The notes beneath the pieces are model-generated. The model was not told the DNA's origin, ran no database searches, and saw only the letters and a list, made by a program, of their open reading frames with translations. Of a stretch of DNA of 64,000 nucleotides, positions 1 to 12,134 are shown one piece after another. Both the position numbers and the translations under genes were made by a program. Each line of letters begins with the position of its first letter. Within the stretch, counting starts at the first letter, position 1. Source of the DNA: Iphione sp. A-MEVVRFRX5 (taxonomy: Eukaryota); NCBI GenBank assembly GCA_976226885.1, contig OZ320321.1:25606001-25670000 (forward strand), in the 5' to 3' direction.

Positions 1-1319
1 CATATTTTTACTCATTCAACATATATAACACATACATACATTTATTCATTAGACAATCATGTATTCAATTATATATCTCTTGTGAAGTTGTTTAGCTTTG
101 GTACGTATCAATTTTGGTTATCGATAAAGTGACTGTTTTAACACGACCTTCACAAAACCCACGTTTTGGTTATGAAATGTGTTAAAGCTCGTCCCATAAT
201 AATGCCATTATTACTAGAAAAAAGAGCTGGTTGATTTGTCTACTCTCCAGCGTATAGATTGGCTCTTTACAATATAAATATGTTAGATTATTCTTCATGT
301 AAATCACCATGTCCGCTTGCGACATTGTTTCCTTTTCCATAGCAGTAGACACACATGTTTCCATAATGTTAAGAGGGAATCACAATCGCAAAATTCACTC
401 TACAGTTTCTGTCACACCACGTATTCTGCGATTTCTTTCTGTGTATGATACCTTCTCGTTATGTAGTACCAAGGAGAATTTAGTTGACAGCACTATCTAG
501 ATAGAAAAAGGGTTCCTAGAAGCACATTATCTGCACAATGTATGATGCCCTTTTTCATGAAGCAGTGTCCTACGAAGTGTTTCCTGTGGTCTTCATACTA
601 AATCATTGTTTTCGTAGTAAACTCCAGATACTTCAAATGTAGATAATATTGAAAATCATACAATGACATTCCATTCACAAACCACAGTACTGTATCTACA
701 TTGTTTTGTCAAACCTGCACATAACCCAAACCAAGGGTCAGACTGAAATTGGCCAGTCCACCACTTGGACCTCATTTGATGTTTTCTACTTTTCTCCTAT
801 ATAGTTTTGGAGATATTTTGACTTAAATTGTGTACATGGACTTAACATGTATAGATTTACATGTATATATAACTGCATACGTTCCATGATACGTGTCTAT
901 AGTGAACCCCTGTATTCAGTCCATCTTGTTACCCAGTTGTCATGGAGGTCTTGCCTACAAAAGTAAACTAGTCTTGGAGGCAAGATCTCCATCCTGATAG
1001 TGATGGCAGTGCTCAGCCAAAAGCCTTTCATGTGTTTGGTTGTTGTTGTCTTTTTTAGGGGGAGGGGGGTCTGTTTTCTGTTTTATCATTTTCATCTCTC
1101 AAGATTTTATTCCCACTGCCAGAAGTATTATAGGAAAAGGAAAAATACACTGATAGGTTGGATCACACCAAGTCAACAGGCATATGGTCCTGAGAGCATT
1201 CTCCCGTCACCCACCCACCTGCCTGCTGATGCCAGACAGCTATGAGGGAGAGAGTCCATGTCCAGAGCATGCTGAAGCTGCTGACCCAGCTCCCTGCGGG
1301 GCAAAGAATGAATGTGTGC

Positions 1320-1640
1320 ACCTGACTCTGAGTCTGAGTGAGAGTGTGAATATGAGCCGGAATTTGAGTGTTAATATGAGTCTGGGTGTAATAGTGAGTT
1401 GGAGCTTGAGTCAGAGTGTGAATGCAAGTGCTAGTTTGAGTCTGGAGTGTGTTAGTGAGCATTTGAGTGTGACTGTGAGTCTGAGTGTGAGTCTGTGTGT
1501 GAATGTGAGTCTGAGTGTGAGTCTGTGTGTGAATGTGAGTCTCGCTCTGAGTTTGAGTCTGAGTCTGAGTCCCGAGTCTGAGTCTGGAGTGTGTGAGTGT
1601 GAGTAAGTAGTGTGTGAATCGGAGTCTGAGTGTCTTCACA
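1320..1640. repeat. Hexamer-based GAGTCT/GAGTGT/GAATGT satellite with a perfect 30-bp unit at 1475-1534
   Basis: Visible periodicity; explains the Thr/His/Gln and Ser/Val/Leu ORFs on both strands. Confidence 0.9.
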
Positions 1641-3392
1641 AGACTCCATTTTGTGGTGACCCACTGCATAGTTATGACTAGTCCACTAGGGATCCATTCA
1701 TACCACATTCAAATAAGGTCTCAGCGGATCTTTGAAGGATTGTGCGCGGTGATCCTGTTTAGCAATAGACCCGATATACTAATACAAACAAGTGATGTAG
1801 ATACTTCTGTTCTGTGTGACCTTATATATCTGTATAGTCATTAGTTGTTACTGCTGGCTTCTGTGCAAGTAAGTGCCATCATCCATGTCTGCATTGTTCA
1901 TGCCCATGCCCTATTTCTCCGGTATATTCAGTCATTCATTTTGGAATACTACTCTAGCATTCTGTTCCATGATACCTACGTCGCTCTACATAGGGCATAT
2001 TATGACAAAGATGGACACACGGGTGATGAACACTGACTGCAGCAAGCATTAGAGTTATTAGCAGGTCAAACGCATTATACGTTTATGTCATTGATGTATG
2101 CATTGATAACGGACATTGATGACAACACATGAATATCATACATGCAATGGTCAACGACGTGCATGCATTAGAGAATGTGTCCGTTGAAGCAGACGTGGAC
2201 AATAAACACTAAAGTCAATACACACACACACCAATCCAAGCCGTCGGCATTGGTTCACTTCCATGTCATGCGAATAGTCTACAGCTATAAGGTACTTCCA
2301 ATGAGTGTGTTCATTACTGCTTATGGAGATGTCGACTATGTCAATAACAATTTATCCACATTTTCCACATTATGTAGACAAATTCTGTTCTAGCTGATCA
2401 TAATCCCCAACATGTTTAACATAATACAAATGTAGTAGATAGGTGGACAGTTGCAGTGAGGAATACGCATACAACACTAAACGATTTAGTCCACATCGAA
2501 ACAAATGCGACTAAGTACAAAGACAGCTCTCCCATAGCTATTTATAGCTAGGTTTAATCATCATTCATTTCAAATTCTTATTGATTTCGTTTTTTTTTAT
2601 GGAAAGTGTGTCCATACTTTTGAGAGTCCCATTATTGTTTACAGCCTCACTGAAAAATCCCTTACCTCAGTAAACATCCACTTCCCCATGAGCTTCCCTA
2701 GCCAGGCACTCCACACTCCATAGAATCACATTCGCTCCTAAACACTCAGTATTTATATGTAATCACGTGATTTCCCCCTCGTCGTACTATATCCTCCAGA
2801 GCCCTCTAATCGTGGCCCTTTTAGACCACATCTAGAACAAAAAGAAAGAGAAAATGTCGATCACTTTGAATGGTTGTCCTTGTGTGTACGAGGCTTTCTC
2901 TATTCCTAATAGTAGCCGTCATCAAACATGGAGGATTTTATCGTTGTGGTGTGATAAAACTGTTGTTCGATCCTAGATTGCAATGCCAATATCATTACGG
3001 AACCAGCCGGGATGTTTCGTTTCTTTTTTTTTTGCTGGATTGATTCTGCCATTATTGTATGTTGTTGTCGTCCCTCTCGGTGCATTATCCCTGAAAACTG
3101 TAATAATGTAATAATGAAATATCAATCGAGGGATCGTAAATTATCTAACGCTTTGACCAAATTATCCAAATATTAACGTTATGGTTATTGTCGCTTCCAC
3201 AGTAATAAAACACCAAGTCAACAGAACAAATATCGTTTCTTGTACTAAAGCCTACCCTAACGCTATCTGTCATCATAACCACTAACTCAAAATAACGGAT
3301 TCTTGTGCTTATTTGTTTGTGTTTAAATCTATTCATATCCATGATGATAGGGCTTGCCTTCTCTAATATACTCCTTTTTTTGTCTTTTTCAG

Positions 3393-3489
3393 GCAAAAAG
3401 TAGAATCATGCGAATATTGGTCTCAAAGTACCACACAACAAGTAGATTTAGCATTCAACATATTTTTCATGATATACTTCTTCATTCGG
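3393..3489 (+). CDS. KCNMA1: Slo1 exon, S1-S2 loop and S2 (QKVESCEYWSQSTTQQVDLAFNIFFMIYFFIR)
   Basis: tttttcag acceptor, CGG|GTAAGT donor, 97 nt; matches Slo S2 DxAFNxFF. Confidence 0.95.
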
Positions 3490-3947
3490 GTAAGTGACAT
3501 TACTCGCTTGACTATATTTCTTCAATTTTTCATTTCCCAACAAAGTATTTTGAGGTTACCCTTTTTCTGGTAAAGCAAGTGCCATGTTTTCAGGGTGACA
3601 TGCCATATTTTACAGACTTGGCATCTAAATCAAACTGTTCAGAATACTGGGTGTGCCCCGCTGTTCATATCGATTTATAGGCACTGTATTGATAACCTAA
3701 GATCTAGTTATGTCATTTTCGAAAACTCTGTCACAGAAGAGAGCAAACCAAAATATGTCCATGTTTTATAGTATCTCTACTTTTAGACACCACAGATGGC
3801 ACTTCACAGTATATGAACACATGTTTGTATGTATGTTCCCATTATTAAGTCCATAATGATTCTGAAGGAACCGAAGTCACACCATGTTCAAATACCGCCT
3901 TCCTCATTGCAACTCAACACCGAAGCTTTCCACCTTTTTCTTTGTAG

Positions 3948-4059
3948 CTCGTCGCAGCACCAGACAAATTATGGTTTCTGGTAGAATTATATTCATTCGT
4001 CGATTACTTCACTATACCGCCCTCGTTTGTAGCAATTTACCTCAACAGAAACTGGTTAG
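3948..4059 (+). CDS. KCNMA1: Slo1 exon, S3 ([37 protein letters not shown])
   Basis: tttgtag acceptor, TAG|GTAAGG donor, 112 nt. Confidence 0.97.
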
Positions 4060-4564
4060 GTAAGGAACATTCTTTCTCGTTTCTTCCTGATAATAATGCA
4101 TGGGGGAGAACTCCCAATGTCTAGGCTACTTTTTGTCTGCCTGAAACATCCATTCAGAGAACTGCATGTACCTCTGAAAGTACGCCCCCCTCCCCTCTCG
4201 TCTCTTTCCGCTGCGTTCTTTTTCTTTTTTTTTCAAATATCCACGGAATGGTTCGTGTTTATTTCATGAGAAATGTTTTTGGTGTACACTCTGGCCTTTT
4301 CATAATATCTTTATTGATTGACCTTTCGTTTTCCCTTCTTCTCTTCTTCAATAATATTTACCCAGCCTTAGTACAATACCGTGTACGACCGCTAATCTGG
4401 TCCAAGTTAACTCCCATTTTCTGGCCTGACGCGTCCCCCCGAGCCATATACCACCCAGCATTAAATACGTCCATCAACCAATGAAGCCAAATGAAATGAA
4501 ACATGTATTTTTAAAGTGAGACTCATGGACTTTTGCGATAATACACCCCCCTCTTGCTTTGCAG

Positions 4565-4716
4565 GTTTGCGATTTACTCGAGTGTTACGCTTGATGACGA
4601 TTCCTGACGTACTTCAGTACCTCAACGTACTGAAAACAAGCAACAGTATTCGTCTTTGTCAGCTCGTCTCAACTCTCATCAGTATATGGTTCACAGCCGC
4701 CGGATTTGTGCACCTG
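4565..4716 (+). CDS. KCNMA1: Slo1 exon, S4-S5 ([51 protein letters not shown])
   Basis: ttgcag acceptor, CTG|GTAACT donor, 152 nt; three S4 arginines. Confidence 0.97.
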
Positions 4717-5125
4717 GTAACTAAATCCACCACAATGTTTTCAAGTTATTTTTTTCGTACATGTTTTTTTATGATGGCACACGTTTCCTACAATCAATAC
4801 AAGGGATTTTAGATAAATGTAATTTTCGCGTTACTCACTTCGTAACCAACTTGCACCGCAATTAATTTACACCAGAAGAACTATCACATACCAATCCGAA
4901 AACGCCTCATCGTTAAAGGCTAGTTATTACAACAATGCTTCGTGGATTCATTGAAAGTATACTGAACATTATTTTGTTCTGATATCAGGTCAACATTTGG
5001 GGTAAAAGGAAAAAATTGATTATTTCTATATTCAATTCGATATACCGAATACACGATGGAACTAGTTATACTTATAAACGTTCATGCGTTAATAGCTACC
5101 GTTGACGAATTTCTTTATTCATCAG

Positions 5126-5296
5126 CTTGAGAACTCTGGAGACCCTTTCATGGACTTCAACAATTCGCATCCGCTTACATACTGGGAATGTGTCTACTTC
5201 ATGCTCGTTACCATGTCAACCGTCGGCTACGGCGACTTATACTGCAAGACCGTCCTGGGCAAACTCTTCATGGTCTTCTTCATTCTGGTAGCCTTG
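5126..5296 (+). CDS. KCNMA1: Slo1 exon, pore loop and S6 start (LENSGDP...[29 protein letters not shown])
   Basis: K+ selectivity filter TVGYGD; atcag acceptor, TTG|GTGAGT donor, 171 nt. Confidence 0.98.
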
Positions 5297-6008
5297 GTGA
5301 GTCTCACACTGTGTTAAGATAGGAAAGTGTAATGCTTTGAGCTGCTCTGCCATACGTCTATGTTAACTCTCGGTTCTGTGAGTCTGGATTGGCTTGATGG
5401 TTCAGGTATGATTTCGTGGACACAACTCTCATGAGTGAGTAACTCTCTTCGATATATAGAGGGTTTTAGGGACTATTATTGGGAACCTCTGATCGACACG
5501 TTTGGCTGGAACCCATGTAATGGTCGGGCCAAATGAGGAGACCAAATGTGTCAATTTTGTTTCCGGGAGAACCAATTAAATGATCCCGTGCTCTACAACT
5601 CTTGGTTTTAAGTCAATGCTTTACCCAAGTGGTATTATTGTGTCTATTCAAATAAGCTGTAGACTTTACAAAAGTCAGTATTCGATATCAACATTCCAAG
5701 TTTTTTTTCATTAAGGTGGTCAACTCGTTGAAAATTTACGTCCAAACCCTGGGTTAACCTTATACATGTATAAAGCACGATGTACATGTATATTGATGTA
5801 ATCGGCATTGGGACCCAGGTCACCAATCCAGATCAGTGGTATCATTGAGACCTGGTGCTAAATTCGCTATATTGATTAGTTACCAACGTTAACCGAAATT
5901 CAGTATAATTGTTAGATTGTTTTTTCCTGTACCACATATATAGAATGCTGATTTAGCAGTTTCTTATCCATTTACGTTGATGGTTGGTCTTTTTGTCTTC
6001 ATCTGTAG

Positions 6009-6100
6009 GCGATGTTCGCCAGTTTTGTCCCGGAAATTGTTGACATTCTTGGTACACGCCGAAAATACGGCGGTTCTTACAAGAAAGAACACGGTAAAAG
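6009..6100 (+). CDS. KCNMA1: Slo1 exon, S6 end and C-linker ([31 protein letters not shown])
   Basis: ctgtag acceptor, AAG|GTGAGT donor, 92 nt. Confidence 0.97.
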
Positions 6101-6440
6101 GTGAGTGATTATTATTATTATTATCAACATTTTACTAAGAACTATCATTAAACTGAAGGATATCTCGGTGTGATGTTCCTGGCTTATAGAATATTCAAAC
6201 CGAGAGTCTCTATAGTTATGGCAAGTAGACCTTTTGGTCAGGTAGTCTCCTAGACTTAATCTTAGAGGAAAAAAACAGTCAGTCTTATTAACGCATTAAA
6301 CTGCATGAATAAATGAATGTTGACAGATGATAGGTGGTAATATCGTCTGGGAAAGGCTTGTAGTAGGCCAGATATTGATCAATTACGTTGTACTTACAAT
6401 ACGCGAGTGGATTTACAATTCAAACACACCTAACCGTTGG

Positions 6441-6772
6441 AGGCAAAAAAATCGTTGTTTCTGCTAAAGGGCTGGAAACAGTATAAGGTGGGTAGGTAGC
6501 TTTAGCAGTATTAAATCCACAAACATCAGTAAAAGCTGGAGAGTACCTTTAAAGCCCACAACCACCACTTCTGCTGCTTGGATTTTCATAGCGTATGAAA
6601 AGCTAGGACCATAAGGAAGAAAATGATATATTATTGTTTAAGTCTCTAGCTTTGCAAGATATTAATAAATCCCCCCCCAAAAAAGATTAATAATTATAAT
6701 AATATGTTGCATCGACAGAAAAATTAGGGTCGGTCAGGGTTTCAGAAGCACATATATATTTTATCTAGGCCT
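6441..6772. mobile_element. MITE-like element with AGGC...GCCT ends, same family as 51695-52018 in opposite orientation
   Basis: Shared subterminal blocks aaaaattagggtcggtcagg and gctggaaac...ggtgggtaggtag match the reverse complement of the 51.7-52.0 kb copy. Confidence 0.55.
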
Positions 6773-9275
6773 GATGCCGTATCACATTTGTAATGAGCAA
6801 GGGCAAAGGGGCAGCACTAAGCCACTTCTCTTGGTCGGATGCTCATTAGCAGACACAGACCTGTGATCAGTATTCAGGGTTCTGACTGTTTCACGTATGC
6901 GTCGACTTCATTGTATGTGGCATTAACCGATTGCATAATCAGCCCACACAATGCCGTGAGCTCTCAGGCTTTGGCATCCTCCAATGCAAGAAAGTTCCAT
7001 TGATCACAGTTGAGCTGTTTACGCAAGGTCAGCTCTTGTATGCTTGATTGAGGCAAAGGCAAAGGAAACGGTACCGGTACCTGATATATGTAGATAAAGT
7101 AGACCAGGTTCTCCGTGAATTAGTTGGGATCATTCCAACAGCATCTTTTCAGATCCTAGGCTGACAGGTGTTGGAGAGTTGAAGTGGTTAGCATCTGTGC
7201 TTGGTTGAAGCGATTAAGCGCGTGTTTAGCATTTAGTCCTGAGGATCATGCCTGCAAGTCGAGGGCCAATAGGACCAAGGTTGAGGGGGTGATCCTGAGG
7301 ACTGAACACTTAAAAGACACTTAACTGCCGTTCTGATGAGAATAATAATTTCAATTAAACTGAGTGTTTTTACTGAAGTCAAATGAATATAATTTAAAAA
7401 AAAAGAAAACATCTCTGAGCAGGAGTCTCCAGACCCAAGCCCCACTGGACTCCACTGTGCTGTGTATAGGGAACGTGAGTGTTAGAACGTTATTCTCAGG
7501 CATTTATTCCTAGATACATGCACAGTATATTCTTCATGAATGAATCTTATATATTTTGGTGTTCCACAAGGTTCGGTGATGTCTTCCTTGACTTATAGAT
7601 AATGAAATGAACGAGAGTGTAATCTTATGTTGAAAGCTGAAGAGACGTGCCTTGACATCTTAGGTCGTTTTCGAGTATATACCTTCTTAAAACGGTAATG
7701 ATTTCAGTTCCAGTCAGTGTTTCACCGTAACTTGGTTTACCTTTAATTGCTTTGATGACACCTTCTTCATGTTAGATTATGATGAGTTTTCAATGGGGAT
7801 TTAACATCAATTGATTGTGGTTCCGTGATTAAGTGAGCGTTGCCTGCTCATTCCAAACCACCACACACAATCAGGTAAAATATGTAGGCCTTATTGCTGA
7901 TATTGAGTCAGCGTTTCGGCGGCAGAAGGTTTTCTTCAAGGGGTCATTATGTAATTCCATTAATGCAATTTTCTCCATAAAACCCGGCACGTACAGACAT
8001 ATCATGAAAAAAATCTGATTGGTAGTCCCTCTTCCCTTCGTACTAACGCCTTTCATGGAGAGAACTATACGGATGGTACAATGACAGATAACTAAATGTC
8101 TGTTTCTACCGCTTTTCTGTTTGAAGTTGGCCTATTTGATTTGCTGATTAAAAATCAAAAAGAAGGTCTCGACTTGGAACTTTAACGTAAGCCATGCAAA
8201 ATTAGGAATGATAGATATATATAATTGAATAATTCAGAGCAGTGCTTATTTTGCTTTATATCCTACCAAATTACAAACAATTGCTAGACAGTGAGGTACA
8301 TTAATCACCAAGACTTCTTAGGAGGCCGGCAGCTATTCAGAGGGATAAGATAAATCAAGAGATCATATTGGAATGGACGTTCTCTACATTCTGGAGAACT
8401 GACGTTTGTGCACTTAAAGGGCAAATACATTGTCAACGAGCCACGGAGTACTTCTCTCCCACACTCGAGATTATAGTTCTATATTTGTTGAGTCTAAAGG
8501 TTAATAATCAAGCCGGAGAAGGGAGTTCTTGTCTTGTAAGGACCCCCGGTAAGGACCCTTGTCTACTTTGGCCCGTCTTCGAATCCTACGCAATTACCCA
8601 GCCTCTTGGCTTCGAGCCGGCTCCTCCGAACGCTTTCATAGGTATCACGACCACAACTATCACTGGCATAACGCTGTCGAGTGTACGACAGTGGTTTGTT
8701 TTACAATGCTGGTTGTGGTCTTTGTCGTTCGAGGCCTCAGTCACGAAATATCAACCGATCAGGGATACATTCTCGGTGTCCTTTATAAAGGCACTGATAA
8801 TTTTTTCGCACTCAGACAGGTATCTATATGACAGACCCCTTCACGTAACGGATACAATAGGTACATCTTAAGAAGCAAGTAAATCATACTTTGATTGGGG
8901 GTCCCTTGTACTGCAGCAGTTTATTTACACAGGGATAAGATGCCAATACATTTGTGTTTATATCGCTCTCTGATGCTGGGTAATCGCTACGAAGTTAGAA
9001 CTTTTGCATTCCTTGTATTTTTGATGCTGTGAATATCATATTGCATTACTCTAGTAAATTTTAGTTTATTAAATATTGAATGAGCGTATACGTAGATGTG
9101 TGGCCGGTCATCCACATTAAATATACGAAACAAATACTTTTTACTGAAGGGCTACGGCAAGATCGAACACACACTTCCATTCAAAATAGAATGATGGAAC
9201 AATACCACCAGTTTGAACTCTGCCGATGAATGGAACATAATTTTAATCCATTACCTAATTGTGTTATCCTTGCAG

Positions 9276-9386
9276 ACACATAGTATTATGCGGTCACATA
9301 ACGTACGAGTCCGTGTCCAACTTCATGTCGGACTTCCTGCACAAAGATCGAGAAGACGTGGACGTCGAGCTTGTCATTATGAACAG
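9276..9386 (+). CDS. KCNMA1: Slo1 exon, RCK1 start ([36 protein letters not shown])
   Basis: ttgcag acceptor, CAG|GTGTGA donor, 111 nt; D362/D367/E374 equivalents present. Confidence 0.97.
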
Positions 9387-9689
9387 GTGTGAATTTGTGT
9401 AAAATACCAAGTAGGACAATGCAAGAGATCTGCTGGTCTGCTCTCTGTTGAGTATATGGGATATATACATAAATATGTCCATAGCAATAAAACACCATAA
9501 TATATGGTGCGTAAAACAGACGGAATCTTCATATTTCTTTTTAGCCTTCACGACATTCTTTCTCTCTTGCATGTCAATTGATAATGCAAAACACAATAAC
9601 CAGAAAATATACACTTAATTCGCCCTGTGTTCTGGGGGAAGCATCAGTGGGGGTGTGATATTTTCTGGATGTTTTTTTATTACTTACAG

Positions 9690-9795
9690 AAAGGAGCCCG
9701 ACCTGGAGCTGGAAGGTCTTTTCAAACGCCACTTCACGCAGGTGGAGTTCTTCCAAGGCACAGTCATGGATGCCAATGACCTAGACAGAGTAAAT
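9690..9795 (+). CDS. KCNMA1: Slo1 exon, RCK1 ([35 protein letters not shown])
   Basis: ttacag acceptor, AAT|GTGAGT donor, 106 nt; E399 equivalent present. Confidence 0.97.
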
Positions 9796-9876
9796 GTGAG
9801 TTGGGAGTATCGTGCCTTTACCGGTCCTGTCAATATTTATACATACGCACACGCATACATAGATACGTTTATACAT

Positions 9877-10041
9877 CAGTCCCGTAGCCAGGAAGTTTTC
9901 TGGGGGGGGGGGGTATCAGACGATACCAGCAATACCTCAGAGGAGGAACATGCTTGTGACCATCTCTACAAGTGTATATGTAGAAATCCTGGAAGAGGGG
10001 TATCGGACGATTCCCCCGATACCCCCTTGGCTACGGGCCTG
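9877..10041. mobile_element. MITE with TIR CAG(T/G)CCCGTAGCCA(G/A)G
   Basis: cagtcccgtagccagg ... ccttggctacgggcctg. Confidence 0.75.
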
Positions 10042-11014
10042 TACATGTACATACACAGATATAGGTATGCGCACTTTCAGAATCAAATGTACAGACACAC
10101 ATGGATACAGCTATCCAAGGTTGTATTCGGTATAGAAGATATACATATATGGAAAAAAATCATCATATAACACCCATCAGGACACATTTTACATCCATGT
10201 ACATGTAAAAAAGTTAGTTGTCAACTATGTTTTTAAAACGTATTTGCATGCATATATATTCACAGGAGGGAATATCTGCAATTTACGGTATTTTAGGAAA
10301 CCGGGATTAGGTAGAGCTGAAACCATAAGCAGTAACTGCAGGCCATGGCGCTAAAAAGTTCAAAGGTGAAGGATAGAGTGAAGGGCTGTAAGTGACACCA
10401 GATGTCTCTCGAGCACACTGCTTGGGCGCCTGTCGACGTAGTTCCTTCCGTCGCCACTAGAGACGATGATAAGGAGACCATTAGCCCCGCCGTATCTATG
10501 GAAACCTTGGCCCCTGGTGGATTGATACTGAACGACTGATAGCTCGAGAGAATTGGCTGCCAGGACAACCATCTGTAGACAAGACCATTACAAACGAGCC
10601 AGTCGTAAACAGCATTAAATAAACCGACGGAGACGTGTTTCGCCAAACACGAGTAGCCGTAACCTTATTTTTGATCGGACGAGAGAACTGCTCTTTCAAC
10701 GCGTATAGTGAAATCCACTCCTTTGAGGAAAATATTTTATCAAGAAAGCTTTCGCTGTTCCCTGGTTAAGGTGATGGCCCTAATACATCATGTATATGTC
10801 ACTTTTCTATCACTGTAATGTCACAATTATGCAATGGAAAAAGCCATGAATCATTTTATGTGGTGGCACTGTGGCACCACATTGGACTTTCCACATATAC
10901 AACATTCAATGCGATATATTACATCAGAAAGGCGGGTTTGCCCTTATACACATGGTCTTTATTTGGATCAACCTCCTAGAATGAAGATTCACACATATTT
11001 CCTGCTATACAGGT

Positions 11015-11210
11015 CAGTCCTGTAGCTAGGGATATCATGGAGGGTATCTGAAATTAGAGAGGTGGAACTCGTAGTGAGCAATCAACATATTTCCTCACAT
11101 TTCCTCACTTCTCCTGAAGCATTTTGTTTTCTCTGGGTCGAACTTCTGGCCTATGTGGGTGGGTGGGGGGTTCAGAGGATACCCCCGATACCCCCTTGGC
11201 TATGTGCCTG
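11015..11210. mobile_element. Second, more diverged copy of the 9877 MITE family
   Basis: cagtcctgtagctagg ... cccccgatacccccttggctatgtgcctg shared with the 9877 copy. Confidence 0.7.
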
Positions 11211-11607
11211 CAGGTGTACCTCCATTAACGAATCCTCTGACTATGAATTAAGCTGCTTTATAAAGAGGCAGGCTTGATTCTACAGATTCCATGGCGAAAG
11301 GCCACTAAATGTGCCCATCTGGTTTTTACAATGACAGAAAAAGAAAAAGCATCAACACAGATTTATTACCTGATAGAGACACATAATAATAAACAAATAC
11401 TATGCTTTAACTTAGAACTTGTATCATATCCATGCTCAAGATGTGCAGTGTAAAGCTTTCAGTGAATCTGAGGAGTGGAGAATGCAACAAATTATATTGT
11501 AATGCAGGACCTTGAAGGGTTTCTACAAACAGAAGGCACCAGATGTGTCGCAATGACAGCAACCTAAGTTAGTTGTAATGATAACCAATGAAACACATTA
11601 TTTTCAG

Positions 11608-11760
11608 ATAAAAGAGGCAGATGCCTGCCTTGTGTTGGCTAACAAATACTGTGAGGACCCGGATGCTGAAGATGCAGCAGACATTATGCGAGTTATCTCT
11701 ATCAAAAACTACCATGCCGACATCAAGGTCATAATCCAGCTACTTCAATACCACAACAAG
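11608..11760 (+). CDS. KCNMA1: Slo1 exon, RCK1 ([51 protein letters not shown])
   Basis: ttttcag acceptor, AAG|GTCAGT donor, 153 nt. Confidence 0.97.
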
Positions 11761-11845
11761 GTCAGTAAGAAGGTCACCAGGTAGAAATACTTATAATCAG
11801 AGCGCGCTTATTGAACGAGGCAGATTTGTTGTAAAAGCAGTTCCC

Positions 11846-12134
11846 CCCGGTCCCCGCACTTCAATCATTACTGGGTACGCACGCTCATTCTCAAAATCAA
11901 GAAGAAAGGGATGTGTTTTCCTGACTTTATATGTCCTTGATCCTTGAAAAAAGGGTTAGTTTTCTCAGTTCTTAGACTCTTCACAGAGAAAGGGGTGTTT
12001 TTCCCTTAGCCCTTGCTGTTTTTCAAGGAGAAAGGGGTGTTTTTTTGCAGCTAGATGTCAGTGAAAAGGGGTTAGTTTGGATACTGTAGAACGAGCCTAT
12101 GTCCTCCCCTTCATAGAGAAGTGCAGGGACCGGG
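11846..12134. mobile_element. Non-autonomous DNA transposon with 17-bp TIR and 8-bp TSD CAGTTCCC
   Basis: cccggtccccgcacttc / gaagtgcagggaccggg; CAGTTCCC at 11838-11845 and 12135-12142. Confidence 0.85.

Noticed and set aside
1163-1708. Overlapping 140-181 aa ORFs on both strands
   Set aside because: Translations of the hexamer satellite; no domain.
2870-2935. MVVLVCTRLSLFLIV, superficially like the Slo S1 exon VVLVF
   Set aside because: No acceptor AG before it, no matching donor, and similarity stops after four residues; the S1 exon must lie upstream of the window.
5297-9275. Search for a duplicated, mutually exclusive S6/C-linker exon (as in fly Slo and vertebrate e9alt)
   Set aside because: No second AMFA-like 92-nt exon seen in either flanking intron.
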